Shown in pieces: positions 24,492-36,710 of a DNA stretch of 63,437 bases; position 1 is the first letter of the stretch; each line of letters starts with the position of its first letter. This stretch comes from Podarcis muralis (Eukaryota). The stretch is from assembly GCF_964188315.1 (NCBI RefSeq), contig NC_135662.1:20956564-21020000 (forward strand), in the 5' to 3' direction. The notes under the pieces are model-generated. The model had not been told where the DNA came from. It ran no database searches and was given only the letters and a program-made list of their open reading frames with translations. The position numbers were made by a program, and so were the translations under genes.

Positions 24492-25228
24492 ATGGGTGAG
24501 GAAGCCACAGGCAACACAATGTCTCCAGAAGAACAGCTGAAGAAGAACACCCCTGCCCAGAGGGCCATCAGAAAGATCCGTACGGCTAGCCTTGTCATCA
24601 GCTTGGCACGGGGTTGGCAGCAGTGGGCATCTGACCACCATACGAAGCAAGTCCAGGAGCCCAGTGGGTGGGTGCCCTCTGAGGAGAATTCCCCAAGGGA
24701 GAGGGTATTTCCCAAACCACCAACCGATTTCAAGAAAGACCAATCGAAAGATGGAGCGTCCTTTCCATCAGTACATCAGGAGCCAAAAGAAAATGGAGAG
24801 CAGGCCCCAAGTGAATCAAACGAAGCCCTCCAGAAACTTAACATCAGAAGCAAAGAGGTGACAAAGACCATTGTAAGTAAAGCCTACGAAAGAGGCAGTG
24901 GCGTGAGTCTCCTCAGCGACAAGTATGAAAAAGACAATGGGTGTTCGTCAACAGACAAGAGTACCGAAGACATCGATAAGCTTCTCGGTGGCAAAATGTC
25001 CCCTACAAGGAGGAGGAAGTGTTCTAACCTGGTGTCGGAGCTGACTAAGGGGTGGAAACAGGTGGAACAGGAAGATAAGGCCGATGAACCGGAACTACAG
25101 AATTATCGTAGCGACAGCTTAGATACCGAGGACAGCGGTTATGGCGGAGACGCAGAGGAGAAACTGGATGCTGACAACAGTAGTCAAGAAATACGGACTG
25201 TGAGGATAAAACGGCCTTCATCATCACT
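24492..25228 (+). CDS. ABRA: ABRA/STARS (actin-binding Rho-activating protein) coding exon 1
   Basis: The ORF contains IRKIRTASLVISLARGWQQW, SPTRRRKCSNLVSELTKGW and RSDSLDTEDSGYGG, which I recognise as ABRA motifs. It ends at the donor CT|GTGAGT (25229), phase 2. In-frame ATGs at 24492 and 24519. Confidence 0.96.
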
Positions 25229-26860
25229 GTGAGTAATAGTCGAGTTTTCCAAGTGGGAGTTTTCTAGGTGGGCTTCACAAGGGCTGCTTCACCCAATGAG
25301 CCTGCCAGGTGGAGATCCGTCCCCCCTTGAAACTCCTTCCATCTGATGGATGCTTTATTTATTAAAGGCATTTATTATTATTTAAGGCATTTATACACTA
25401 TTTACATTTCTGCGAAGTGGGCTCATGTTCAGCCATCACTACAATGTCTCTCCCATGATGCTACATCAAGAACATTTCAGCTGTGGGTGGAGAATAAATA
25501 ATTGAGTGTGTGATTAACTGGTCAGCACAATGGCCCATGTAAGGACCCATGAGGAGTCCTCACACAGAAGCAGTTTCCAGTGACCTTTGGGTATAGCAGA
25601 TGCTAACATGTGCAGTAAAATATTTTTTCAACTGTCTTTGAAATAACCCTAACAATGGAAATACTAGGCTATGGTTGGTGGGTTATAATGTAGTCACATT
25701 ACGGCTCCATAATGCCAGTGTTTTTCAGGAGAGGTTCGGTTGCATACAGCAAACGTTGGTTTGCACAATTAAAGTGGATTAAAACACTCTGCTGCAACAA
25801 GTCCACTGAATAAAGAGGTTATCTGGAAGACCCCTGAACCTACATCACTTGGGGCCAACTTGGGTAACTCTAGCACTGGTGTTAAAGTTTTCAGATGTTT
25901 CCATCTGTTAGCTAGGTGCTTCCATGAAGTACAAACGAAAACCACGGATGCAACACCTGATATTCATGCCTCTGGAAATGAATGTTCTATTTAGCTTTAT
26001 CATACCTAAGGGCTGTTGCTAGATCTATCATCCATTAATTTGTATAATCCTTTTTCTTTAGCCAATGAGTTTAGTGGCCACCATGTCACATGGCTAAACA
26101 TCCTATTTTGTCATCTACTGCATGTATAGAGAGTTTACAGGTGGCTCAAACTTCAGCTGTCACAGATCTATAAAGATTGATGATGATAGATAGATAGATA
26201 GTTACTACTAATATTCTACAATTAATTACCCACCACTCACCTCTAAAAACAAAGTAAAACAACTGTTTTAATACATAACTGTTAGAATAGCTACTTCTAG
26301 TATCCTAGTGGACGAAAGTTTGTACTAGCCGCTTGGAGAGACAGAAGGAGATGCTTATTAGCTTACTCTGTAGGAGAAAGCTGCACACAGCTGGATTTTG
26401 CCCTGCCCCTCCCATGCAACTGGCCTTTATGAAATGCCAATTATCCACACAATGCAAATCTGAAAAGAGGGACAATTTCCGATCTGTTGTTTGCAGGAAG
26501 AAAAACTACTGCAAAGTACCTATAGCTGTGTGCAGCCACTTCACCTGCCCTACGTAGAAGAATAATGACTGCAACATTTTCTTTGCTTAAAAAAGAAAGA
26601 AAGAAAAGCATTTGGCCAGAACCACATGAGTTGCCACCAGACGTGTCATGTAGCAATTGAACACACCAAAGGAATAATGACAAGAAAGTGATTTATAGGA
26701 CAGGTTCACGACACCTGCAGTTCTGTACTTTCCCCACATTTACTTTTCAGTTTCATTTAAGTGCCCTTCAACTTAAGCCACCATTCTCACACAGCTGCAT
26801 AGATGAAAGGGTGGTGGTTTTGAAAAACCTTTCAGTTTTTGCAGTGCTGATCATTTCCAT

Positions 26861-27064
26861 ACATAGGAACATTAGAAGCCGGAGTATACTGAGTATACTG
26901 AGTCAGACCATTGGCTATCTAGTTCAGTATTGTTCACACTGATTGGCAACAGTTCTCCAGGGTTTAAGACATGATTCTCTCTCAGCACCCAGAGATGCTA
27001 GGGTTCAAACCTGGTGCCTTCTGCATGTAAAGCACATAGATGCTCCGCCACTGAGCTATGGTCC
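26861..27064 (-). mobile_element. tRNA-derived SINE (Squam2/AnolisSINE2-like) with TATGTTCC-type tail
   Basis: Minus strand head GGACCATAGCTCAGTGGCGGAGCATCT...GGTTTGAACCC; tail ...CTTCTAATGTTCCTATG. Confidence 0.7.
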
Positions 27065-27077
27065 TTTAGCAGCTGGA

Positions 27078-27465
27078 GGAGATGCGGGTGGCGCTGTGGT
27101 CTAAACCACTGAGCCTCTTGGGCTTGCTGATCAGAAGGTCAGCAGTTCAAATCCGTGCGACGGGATGAGCTCCCGTTGCTCTGTCCCAGCTCCTACCAAT
27201 CTAGCAGTTCGAAAGCATGCCAGTGCAAGTAGATAAATATGTACCACTGAGGTGGGAAGGTAAACAGTGTTTCCATGTGCTCTGGCACTTGCCACAGTCC
27301 TCTGTTGCGCCAGAAGCGATTTAGTCATGCTGGCCACATGACCCAGAAAGCTGTCTGTGGACAAACGCCAGCTCCCTCAGCCTGAAAGCGAGATGAGCGC
27401 CACAACCCCATAGTCACCTTCGACTGGACTTAACTGTCCAGGGGTCCTTTACCTTTACCTTTCAC
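27078..27465 (+). mobile_element. Sauria SINE (second subfamily), 8-bp TSD CAGCTGGA, in ABRA intron
   Basis: Diagnostic GAGCCTCTTGGGCTTGCTGATC and CTGTCTGTGGACAAAC; TSD at 27070-27077 and 27466-27473. Confidence 0.88.
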
Positions 27466-27613
27466 CAGCTGGACCTTGAAATCCTGAACCGAGTACCAGT
27501 CTTGGGAGTCCTCAAAGTCCCAAGGCATTCCTGTACTTTTGCTTTTTTTAATGCAATATTCAATTATTATAAATGTACCCAAAGATATAGCTTATATATT
27601 GTTTGTTTGCTTC

Positions 27614-27616
<3 letters not shown>

Positions 27617-27666
<50 letters not shown>
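27617..27666. repeat. (AC)n microsatellite
   Basis: direct inspection, about 25 units. Confidence 0.95.
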
Positions 27667-27667
<1 letters not shown>

Positions 27668-28789
27668 ACTTGATTGCAAAAAACAAAAACAGAAAAACCT
27701 CAAAGCAGTTTACAAAAAGAATAAAACAAGAAGTGCAGGATTCATCCCCCCAGTCCCCAAACACTAGCCTCACAACAAGCCTTGTGAGATTGGATGGCTA
27801 TATCCTCGCTGAACGTTCATGAAATACTAGTCTGATATTGACAATACTCACCAAATTTTGGACATTCACTGTAACTTAAACAATTGACATAAAATAGCAA
27901 TATACCTTGTCCTGCAGTGGAGGCAGGGAGAGAACAATCATGTGATATTTATCTGTTTTGGAATGCTCCTAGTCTAGTCTGTTTTACTGCCAGAGCAACC
28001 TGGACTCTCCCCCCCCCCCATCCTATTACCAAGCTGGCTTCTCCACTCATTTCTGTATCCCTGCATAGTCATTCGCACCTGTTTAAACAGGGTGTAAAAC
28101 TATCACAGGAGTGGGGTACTGGCTTTCGCACCCACTTGAGACTGTGTAAAACCTTCAAGCTGTCAAGGATCATGGCCAGTCCACTCACCCACTTGAACTA
28201 GAAACCTAAAATTAAGACTGGCGGGACACTGCCAAGCAGGCAAACTTCCTGTTATATATAGTTCTGTAGTGTTCATTTTGACCAATGGCCCAACATTTCT
28301 ATTCTGTATTCCCAGTAACTTTGGATGGCTTCGTTGCCAATTCAGATCTATTCCTGAAAAGAAGAGGGTCAAATTTGCCACACATATACAATTTCCACTA
28401 AACAGCCCATTCAGTTCATCCTGGAGCCAGCCCAGATTAACATGAACTACTCACTAAAAATAAAATGCAACCGTAGCGATGATGTAAGTAACCTTTAGCC
28501 AGAGTCACATGAACTTCTCAAATATTTTCTGAAGAGCTTCACCTTAACACGGCTGTTCAGAAGCGGTAAAGATTTATTTTATTTTATTTTATTTTTATTT
28601 TGCTAACTCCCAGCATAGGATTTCTCTGGTGCTGTTTTTATTATATCTGCCAATTGTTTTGTTTTTAACATCCCTCCATAAAGGTGCTTTGCAAGGATCT
28701 GGCACTAAAAAGTGTGCTAGAAAAATATTAATAAAGATTAGTATGTACCTTAAAATCTAAAGAGCAGCTGAACGAAGAGACTTAGGTCA

Positions 28790-29005
28790 ATCCAGTCATG
28801 GTTAGGATGGTAGACTAGGATCTCAGAAACCAGGGTTCAAATCTTCAGTCAACCATGAAGCATGCTGGTCACCTTAGGTAGGCCAGTCATTTCCCCCCCT
28901 TTTTCAGCATAGCCTACCTCACTGAGGAGTTGTAAGGATAAAATGAGGAGGGAGAGAACCATATATGCCACCTTGACCTCTTTGGAGGTCCAAATAAAAT
29001 GAAAT
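28790..29005 (+). mobile_element. MIR-like SINE remnant in ABRA intron
   Basis: GGTTAGGATGGTAGACTAGG...CAGGGTTCAAATC...GTCACCTTAGG...TTGTAAGGATAAAATG. Confidence 0.6.
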
Positions 29006-30305
29006 AATAAATATTCTATCTCACTGCCTCAGGCAAACCAGCCCTCAGAATTAGTTTTTGCAGGCCCATGCACCTCTTTGCGTTTGGCTTTTCACATTTG
29101 AGGTGTATATGTTCAGGACCCACCTTGTTTTTGTGATTAAACTGTTTTTAATATTGTGTTATAATGTTGTAACCCACCGTGGAGCCTGAGGCTGAAGGTG
29201 CCCACCTTAAATCATCATCATCATCAATGATTAGCATTGTTGTGTACATGTTCCAGTGGTATTAATTTTACCTCATGATTTTTCTCTCGTCATGAGTCAG
29301 ATTGGCAAATCGCTAAAGATGGAGGAGACTGGACTGCCATGTGAGGGGAAATTTTCCTTCAAATCGGTGTCGGCCTATGAAGGAAATTGCCTTAAAAAAA
29401 TTCTGCATGTGAGAAAGAAAAAGTAGCCCTTGGGCTGCAATACATCCCTTGCCAGCTGAGTGTCTGCTTGGAAAACACAATATTCTCCCCAACAACTTTC
29501 GTTACTCCACATGTAGAAAAGCACAGGTTGATGTATAGCTAATTGGATGGCAGACTTGGCTGGAAAGGGTTTCAATTTCTCCTCCGTTTCCTCACACGCT
29601 CCTGCTCCATTCGCACCCATTGGCATCTGCTTTACCTGAACACTGAACCCCCCGTTACCTGTAATTTGGTTCTCATTCAAGCAATAAACCTCTGTCTGGA
29701 TAGTACCACCAGATTGCCAATGGAGAGAACCACATAATTCAGTCCTCTTTCATAAACAACTATTTCCTGCACATAGAGAGCTGGCCAGTAAGGAACATGG
29801 CTAGTCTAAAAACCTCCCTAACATCTAGCTTTCTAAGTGTAGGGGCTATTTTTTGTATGGAGGGGCGTTAAATCACACAAGGTCGCACCTACAGAGGCAC
29901 CTCATGTGAACCCTTTTGGGGGGGGCAGGATAAAGATGCTTTAAATATAGAGAAATAAATATAACTCTAGCTGAACTATCTGGCACTACGTTGGTGTGGA
30001 CAAAACACAAACCACCCACACTTTGGGCTGTGTTAATAGGACACCAAGTGCTTTCCTCCCTACTTAAAAAACAATGCCTTGAAGGAAAGTAACAGGCAAG
30101 TGGCACTGAAGAAATCCCGGTGTGTTTATACAGAACCACAAAGTTTTGAATTCCATGAAGTTGCAAGGTCGTTTTGAAAGACCTTTGCATTTCCTCAGTA
30201 TGCCAAGCTTGGCTTGCACCCAGATGGTTGGTTCTCACATGGCTGGCCTAGCACTGAAGTGGCAGGGAAACATACCTTTGAGGAAGAGAGAGGGAGGGAG
30301 AGGGG

Positions 30306-30307
<2 letters not shown>

Positions 30308-30363
<56 letters not shown>
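30308..30363. repeat. (GA)n microsatellite
   Basis: direct inspection, about 28 units. Confidence 0.95.
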
Positions 30364-30366
<3 letters not shown>

Positions 30367-30660
30367 TACAATAGTTCCTCTTTCAGATTGTGTTTGCTCT
30401 TCTGATCACAGACGGACTTTTGGTTCTCAAATTTAAACAGCGCCCTGTAAAATGCTAAAATTCAGCACCCCCTCCCTCACACTCTGTTCTACATGGCACT
30501 CCCTGATGTGTGGCATCCAGTGTGACCAAACTAATCGCACCATCCTGTTCTGACCCTTCTGGTGGTTAACAGGTCTGGAGAACTCTCAGAAATTCAACAA
30601 TAAGAAGCATATTTCTAACCTTCCTTTCCTCAATGGAAGCAAGTCATGTACAAGACTTCC

Positions 30661-30735
<75 letters not shown>
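30661..30735. repeat. (TTTC)n microsatellite
   Basis: direct inspection, about 18 units. Confidence 0.95.
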
Positions 30736-33400
30736 ACAACAGTACTAGGGAACAGGGTTCTAAATTGCAAGAGGAACCTACACACACATGCACACACACA
30801 CCAGGCTCCTTACTTAAGACTCCCCCCACCCTGCTAAAATAAAAAATCAGGGAGGCAGCAAGCGCATAATGGCAGGAACAAGTCTAGCAGACATACCTTT
30901 GCTCTTCCTCCAGCATGACTGTAATTGTGTGAGAAGACTAAAAAGGGCTTCTGGGATGGTGCCCAGGCTAGCTCAAGGGCACCCAGTGAGCTTTATGGAT
31001 GACTGGGGTTTAAACTCAGGTTTCCCTGTTCTTATTTTGACATACACCACAGTGGCTCTGATCAAGATCACTGCTATATACTGTAGTAATGGGTAAACCC
31101 TATTGGCTTCACTGTAGGCAGTTTGGGTGCAGAGTAGAACGTTTGCATCCAGCTCCACCAGAACTCATTTCAATCCACCTCCTGACATGTACCACAAGGT
31201 CTAGAGCAGCTTAGTGCCCTTCTCAATGGCACAGGGCTGTGAAACACAAAGATCCTTCCCTGACCCTCAAGATGTTGCTGAACAGCAGTTCACGGCCAAC
31301 AGTTAGGGATGCACTAGAGGACCACACGTTTCTGCCTCTGCCTCAGACCATGTGAAGTTGTAGTCTAGAGTTGCTGGTAAATGCCCTTCGACTCCATACC
31401 TGTTAATGCTACCAGCCTCAGGCAGAAGCCCAGTGCTGGATTAAACCCTGAGGAGGCCCCATGGCAGTCAAAATCTCATGGTCCCCCTTTTGCTCATGCT
31501 CTAGTGGGATAATATTGAGCTGAGAAATCTTGATTGTAATTTTCTTTCAAGATCAAATCAATATTATTTTGATCCAGTCGCCAGGACCCTAAAAAGCATG
31601 GGGCCCATAAGCCAGTGCATGCTTTGCCTATTTGGTAATCTGGAACGCCATAGGCCACATTCACGCTGTACATTTAAAGCACTATGGTTCCACTTTAAAC
31701 AGTCATGGCTTTCCCCAAAGAATTATGGGAGCAGGAGTTTGATCAGGGTGCTGGGAGTCGTTGGTAGACCCTTATTCCCCTCACAGAGCTGCAATCCTCA
31801 GAGTTCCCTGTAAAGATTAAGGCATTCTGGGAACTGTAGTTCTGTGAGGAGAAAATGAGTCTCCTAACAACTCTCAGCACCCTTAACAAACAACAAGGAA
31901 GCCATGACTATTTAAAGTGGTCCCTTCTGTGATGCTTCTGTGATATGCCTGTGGCCATAGCAAGGGTGATGCTCTTTGAGTCCCCGTTTTGTTTCAGATA
32001 ATACTTCTGACCCAATCAACTGATGTTTCCCAGCATTGGGCTGCTAATAGTACAGAGGACTCAGCTGGCCCTTTCTAATAAAAAAATGAAAAATTGAAAA
32101 AGGAAATATGAAAGGGAAACAGAGGCAGGAAGTGTCACAGCAGAAGATTCCTATGGGAAAAGAAGAGAGAGTCGGCGTTAGATTATGTTTGGGTGTCAAA
32201 GCAGCAAACCAAAAGCAAAACAAGTGGTGCTAATCTAGCCCACTAAGGAGAAGATTAAAATGGGAAGGTGATAATAGTATTTAGTTTGAAAGGAGGATTA
32301 AAAGAAGTAAGTGGGAAGAATGGAGGGGGTGGGAGCAAATGTCAGAGGCACAAAGCAATCAGAAGTTTTAAAATAGGATCCAGGAACTTAAGGTATCTTT
32401 GCAGCTGCTTTCCTTTCCCTCACCGCTTCCAGCCTTTGTAACTTTGCAGGAATCAGACAAGGAGGAGGGGAAGGCACGCAAGGCCTAAGAGGTCATAGAC
32501 CGGGAGATTGGGAAGAGGACAGCTGCTGTACTGTATCTGCATCTGCCCTCTGCGTGACTGAGCAGATAGCAAAGATATCAGAAAGAAGGTTCAGAATATA
32601 GGTGCTTTGGTGAGCTATAATGGGTTTTTCCCCCTCCCTGAAGCTTAGGAGTACCATTTCACTTAACGTATTTCACATGCGTTATCATTGGACTTGTAAC
32701 AACAGAGGGACATTCAGCAGATGGAATGCTGTTCGGACTGACCTTTCCAAATATTCAGAGCTATAGCTGAATGGCAGCATGCAAGGTTGTCCCGGAATTC
32801 GGAAAACAGAGCAGTGGTTTCAGAAGGGGGACGGCTGTAAATAGGAGCTGGGGGGAGGGATGGACAAAACTAGGAGCAAGGGGCCCCTTTTGCTGTCAAG
32901 GGCTGCATTCCCCTAGGACAGGGTTCCTCAAATGGTGGGACAGGGCTACCAGTGAGCCTCAGCTCCAGGTGGGCTCCAGTGCCACAGCCTCCTCATTCAG
33001 CAGCCCTACCCCCTAGCCGAATCGAAGACTTTTGGTTGGAATTATGCCACCCTTGTCAACTCCCCGTAGGCTGGGTAAAGATGATTGGGAGAGAGAAGTC
33101 TAGATGGGAGGTGTAGTTTTCTACAGGGCCAGAGGAGCTGTGAAAGTAACGCCCCAGCTGTATCATGACATCTTAGCCCTTAATGTACCAAATTTTAAGA
33201 TACCGTGGGCACAGAGATGCTTTTGGTTCCTGTGCCGTTAACAGTGAAATTTGTTTCCTTGGGATCTTCCAGTGGAACTGTGAAGAATTTTCAATTTGGA
33301 CAGGCTGACACAGGAAATGTGTGATTTGATGTATGTTTTATTATACTACAGCACTGTGTGGTATAGAGGTTAGAGTGCTACGATGTCCGCCCTGGAACTC

Positions 33401-33686
33401 AGAATCATTGAATCATAGGACTGTAGAGTTGGAAGGTACCTGAGGGTCATCTAGTCCAACCCCTTGCAATGCAGGAATCTCAACTAAAGCATCCATGACA
33501 GGTGGCAATTCAACTTCTACAAAAAAAAAAACCACAACATTCAGTGGTGGAGTCCACCACTCTCCAATGGAGTCCGTTCCACTGTCGAACAGCTTTTACT
33601 GTCAGAAAGTTCTTCCTAACGTCTAGTCGGAATCTCCTTTCTTGTAACTTGAAGCCATTGGTTGAGGTCCTACCTTTCAGAGCAGG
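33401..33686 (-). mobile_element. CR1 3' fragment inserted in a MIR-like SINE (host about 33350-33400 and 33690-33850)
   Basis: AGAATCATTGAATCATAGG tail; CACTGTCGAACAGC...GAAAGTTCTTCCTAA as in the copy at 4773. Confidence 0.8.
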
Positions 33687-34096
33687 GGGGGAACCAAACT
33701 TGCTTCATGAAGCTCACTGGGTGACCTTGGGACCATCATTCACTTTCAGCCAAACTACATCAGAGGTGTGTTGAGACGATCAGGTAAGGTTGCCCCCCAC
33801 CTGACCTCATGGGACAAAAGACCATGCAAATGCAGCAAATAAGCTAAATAAAGGGTTATTAAAATAGTAATAATGCAATCCTGAACAAAATCTGGCATTC
33901 CAAGATAAAAGAGATGGCAAGGAGACAGTTTTGAGCATGCTCAGATGAAGCTATTATAAAGATGTGACTTTTAGAATTGGTGATAACATGCCACCTAGTG
34001 GCCTGCCCTTTTTAAAGCAAAAGATGAACAGTACTAAAAGGCATTCCGTTGCCATTTAATGCAGTTCAAAAACCATCTATTTCTTGGTTCTTTCAG

Positions 34097-34559
34097 TGCA
34101 AACAGAAGCGTCAAGGCCTCCAAGAAATACAGCCCCGTCCACAATCTGAGAGGACGATGGGAAGGCTGGGCAGATGAGCACATGATCACACAAAAGCTCA
34201 ATCCTTTCAGTGAGGAGTTTGATTACGACCTAGCCATGTCCACCCGCCTGCGCAAAGGAGATGAAGGCTATGGCCGTCCTAAAGAAGGTACAAAAACGGC
34301 AGAAAGGGCCAAGAGAGCGGAGGACCACATCCACCGAGAGATGAAAGACATGTGCTTCATCATCAGAACGATGGCTCGGCACCGCCGTGATAGCAAGATC
34401 CAAGTCACTTTTGGTGACCTGTTTGAAAGATACGTCCGTATTTCGGATAAGGTCGTTGGAATACTCATGAGGGCCAGGAAGCATGGGATGCTGGACTTTG
34501 AAGGAGAAATGTTGTGGCAAGGCCGGGATGACCATGTGATAATAACTTTGCTAGAATAA
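34097..34559 (+). CDS. ABRA: ABRA/STARS coding exon 2 (actin-binding and Costars domain)
   Basis: Acceptor ttcttggttctttcag|T completes CT+T (Leu) in frame. Encodes KYSPVHNLRGRW...QKLNPFSEEFDY...VTFGDLFERYVRISDKVVGILMRARKHG...GEMLWQGRDDHVIITLLE; TAA at 34557-34559. Confidence 0.97.
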
Positions 34560-35121
34560 TGCTATTCTTCATGGGATAACCCAAAGCGTTATCAGTTCCT
34601 GGTAACTCTGGTCAACTATATGTTGACTACTCCAGCTGAGACATCCAAGTTCTTCTTGGGGTAGCCAGTGTTTTGGACCATGATTCCCATCAGTCAGCAC
34701 ACCCATTGGTCAGATCATGGGACCTGTAGTCCATAACAGCTAGAGGACATCATGTTGAATGCCTGCATCATAGAAATAGTCAGAATCTCCTCCCTTTAAG
34801 TAATGTCTACATGTTACTAGCAAGTTCATGCTTCTTCAGCCAGTTTTATAAGGCTGAACTGCACAGAGTAGATTAGCATATAAGGGAATGAAGTTTACAT
34901 TCTATCAGAATGCAAGTAGCTTTGCATCTGTTCAATATATACTGTATGCTTGTTGGGTTTAAGAGCAGCAAATTTATCTATTAACATTTGGAAGTAATGT
35001 TCAAGTACCCTGATACCTCAGTTTTAATACTAAGTGGAAACTGGGGCCTGAACTCTTAAGTTTATGGCATTCTTTCTACATGACATTTCAGGTGAATGGA
35101 AATAATTCCTAGACTAAGTAT

Positions 35122-35127
35122 AATAAA
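35122..35127 (+). terminator. candidate proximal ABRA poly(A) signal
   Basis: AATAAA 560 nt after the ABRA stop in AT-rich sequence. Confidence 0.35.
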
Positions 35128-35604
35128 CTATACTGTAGCATTACTTATATAAACTGTGCAATATACCACATTTATATTTACTAAGTCACTATAAACTTCA
35201 GGATGGCATCAATTTTATACACTATGTAAGTTAACCTGTAGTTGCTTCAAAATGTATAGCTGGACTATTTTGCTGTGTTTAATTATTTTTATAACTATGT
35301 ATTTATGACGCCGATTGACAAGTGCTTGAAAAATGTATGGGAAAGCCTCCGGATAAACAGTATTATACTTTTACTGTTTAATGTTAAAATGTACCAAAAC
35401 AAAACCTACCCCTATCCCATGTTCTCTTTCAAACTGAAAGATCACACATCTTCTTACAGAAGAAAAAAAGATGTATGACTATTTTCAGTCATAAAGCTAA
35501 TATTGTCAGAAATGTTTTTCAGGCATTACAGATAGGTTGGTGAAAATGCTTTGACTCACAATACAAACTTATTTATTTGCAGTAAATTCCTTATTTTGCT
35601 AAGG

Positions 35605-35610
35605 AATAAA
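35605..35610 (+). terminator. candidate distal ABRA poly(A) signal
   Basis: AATAAA about 1 kb after the stop, preceded by a U-rich tract. Confidence 0.45.
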
Positions 35611-36616
35611 TTTCCTACATATATAGGCATGGAATGAGACTTTAGAGATTTGCATACTAACATTGTTTGCAAAACAATGTGCTTTGAAATAAGTGGTGAA
35701 AAAAGGCAATACTCTCCTTGAACAAAAAAATTGATTGCTTTTGAGACCGCAAGATTGAGTTCTAATGTACTACTTCAGCTCTCTCTATATATGTGATTTC
35801 ATTTTGAAGATTGTTTGCCCTTTATAATGCCATTATTTCCTTAGGTTCTATACACAGGTGTGTGCACTTTAGAGCTGCTTTGAGTACCAGTAGTTGTCTA
35901 GAATGGGGTCACAAGTGTCCCCAGTCTGCAAGGGTAAGTTGTCAAAAAATAATGTGTTGGATATTATTTCTGCCAAATACAAAAACCATCAATCATCAAA
36001 TTCTTCTTGTTCTTTTACATTAGCAAGAAAGCATTATACACTCTCTCTCTCTCTCTGGTTGAGTCCAACGCTAGTCCAACTCAAAGCTGACCCACTGAAA
36101 TCATAACCTAAATTAGTCATGCCCTAATTTCAATGGATCTACTCTGATCAAGACAAGCACTGGATAAAACTTTATGCACGCACACATGGTGGGTTCCATT
36201 GCATTATTCTGATTGGAAGCTATTCATTAAGGTGTTGCTTATTGATTACTATACTATATTGTGACATGCAACAAGCGGAACAACTGTTGCCTATTTCTCC
36301 TGAGTCGCTGGAGAGGGTCCACGACCGAAATTTCTCACCATAACAATCAGAGGGGGTTAATCCTAGATTAAAATGTAAGAGCCTTGCTGGATCATACCAA
36401 GGTCCATCTCAGCCAGCAAAATGCCCACCAAGAACTTGTAAGCATCACAGAAGGGAACAGCCCTACCCATGACCAGTAGCCAGAGTTGCATCACCTCTGA
36501 ACATGGACATTCCATGCAAGTATCATACCTGTTAGTCATCTCAGTTCCTTTGATTCGAGTTACTATAAGTCTAGCAACCCCGAGATGAGGATGCTTGAAA
36601 ATATTTGCAGATGCAA

Positions 36617-36710
36617 TTGCAGTCAAAATCATCAGTAAGTATTGATCAATGCGAACTCTGCAGTTGCAGACAAAATCATCAATAAGTATTGATCAACATG
36701 AACTCTGCAT
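36617..36710. repeat. 47-bp tandem duplication
   Basis: TTGCAG(T/A)CAAAATCATCA(G/A)TAAGTATTGATCAA...GAACTCTGCA x2. Confidence 0.9.

Noticed and set aside
24467-24861. Antisense and alternative-frame ORFs over ABRA exon 1 (and 34230-34535 over exon 2)
   Set aside because: Shadow ORFs expected over coding exons; no independent motif or splice support.
27078-27160. tRNA-like heads as real tRNA genes
   Set aside because: Each continues into a SINE body and tail with TSDs; none forms a complete cloverleaf followed by a terminator.
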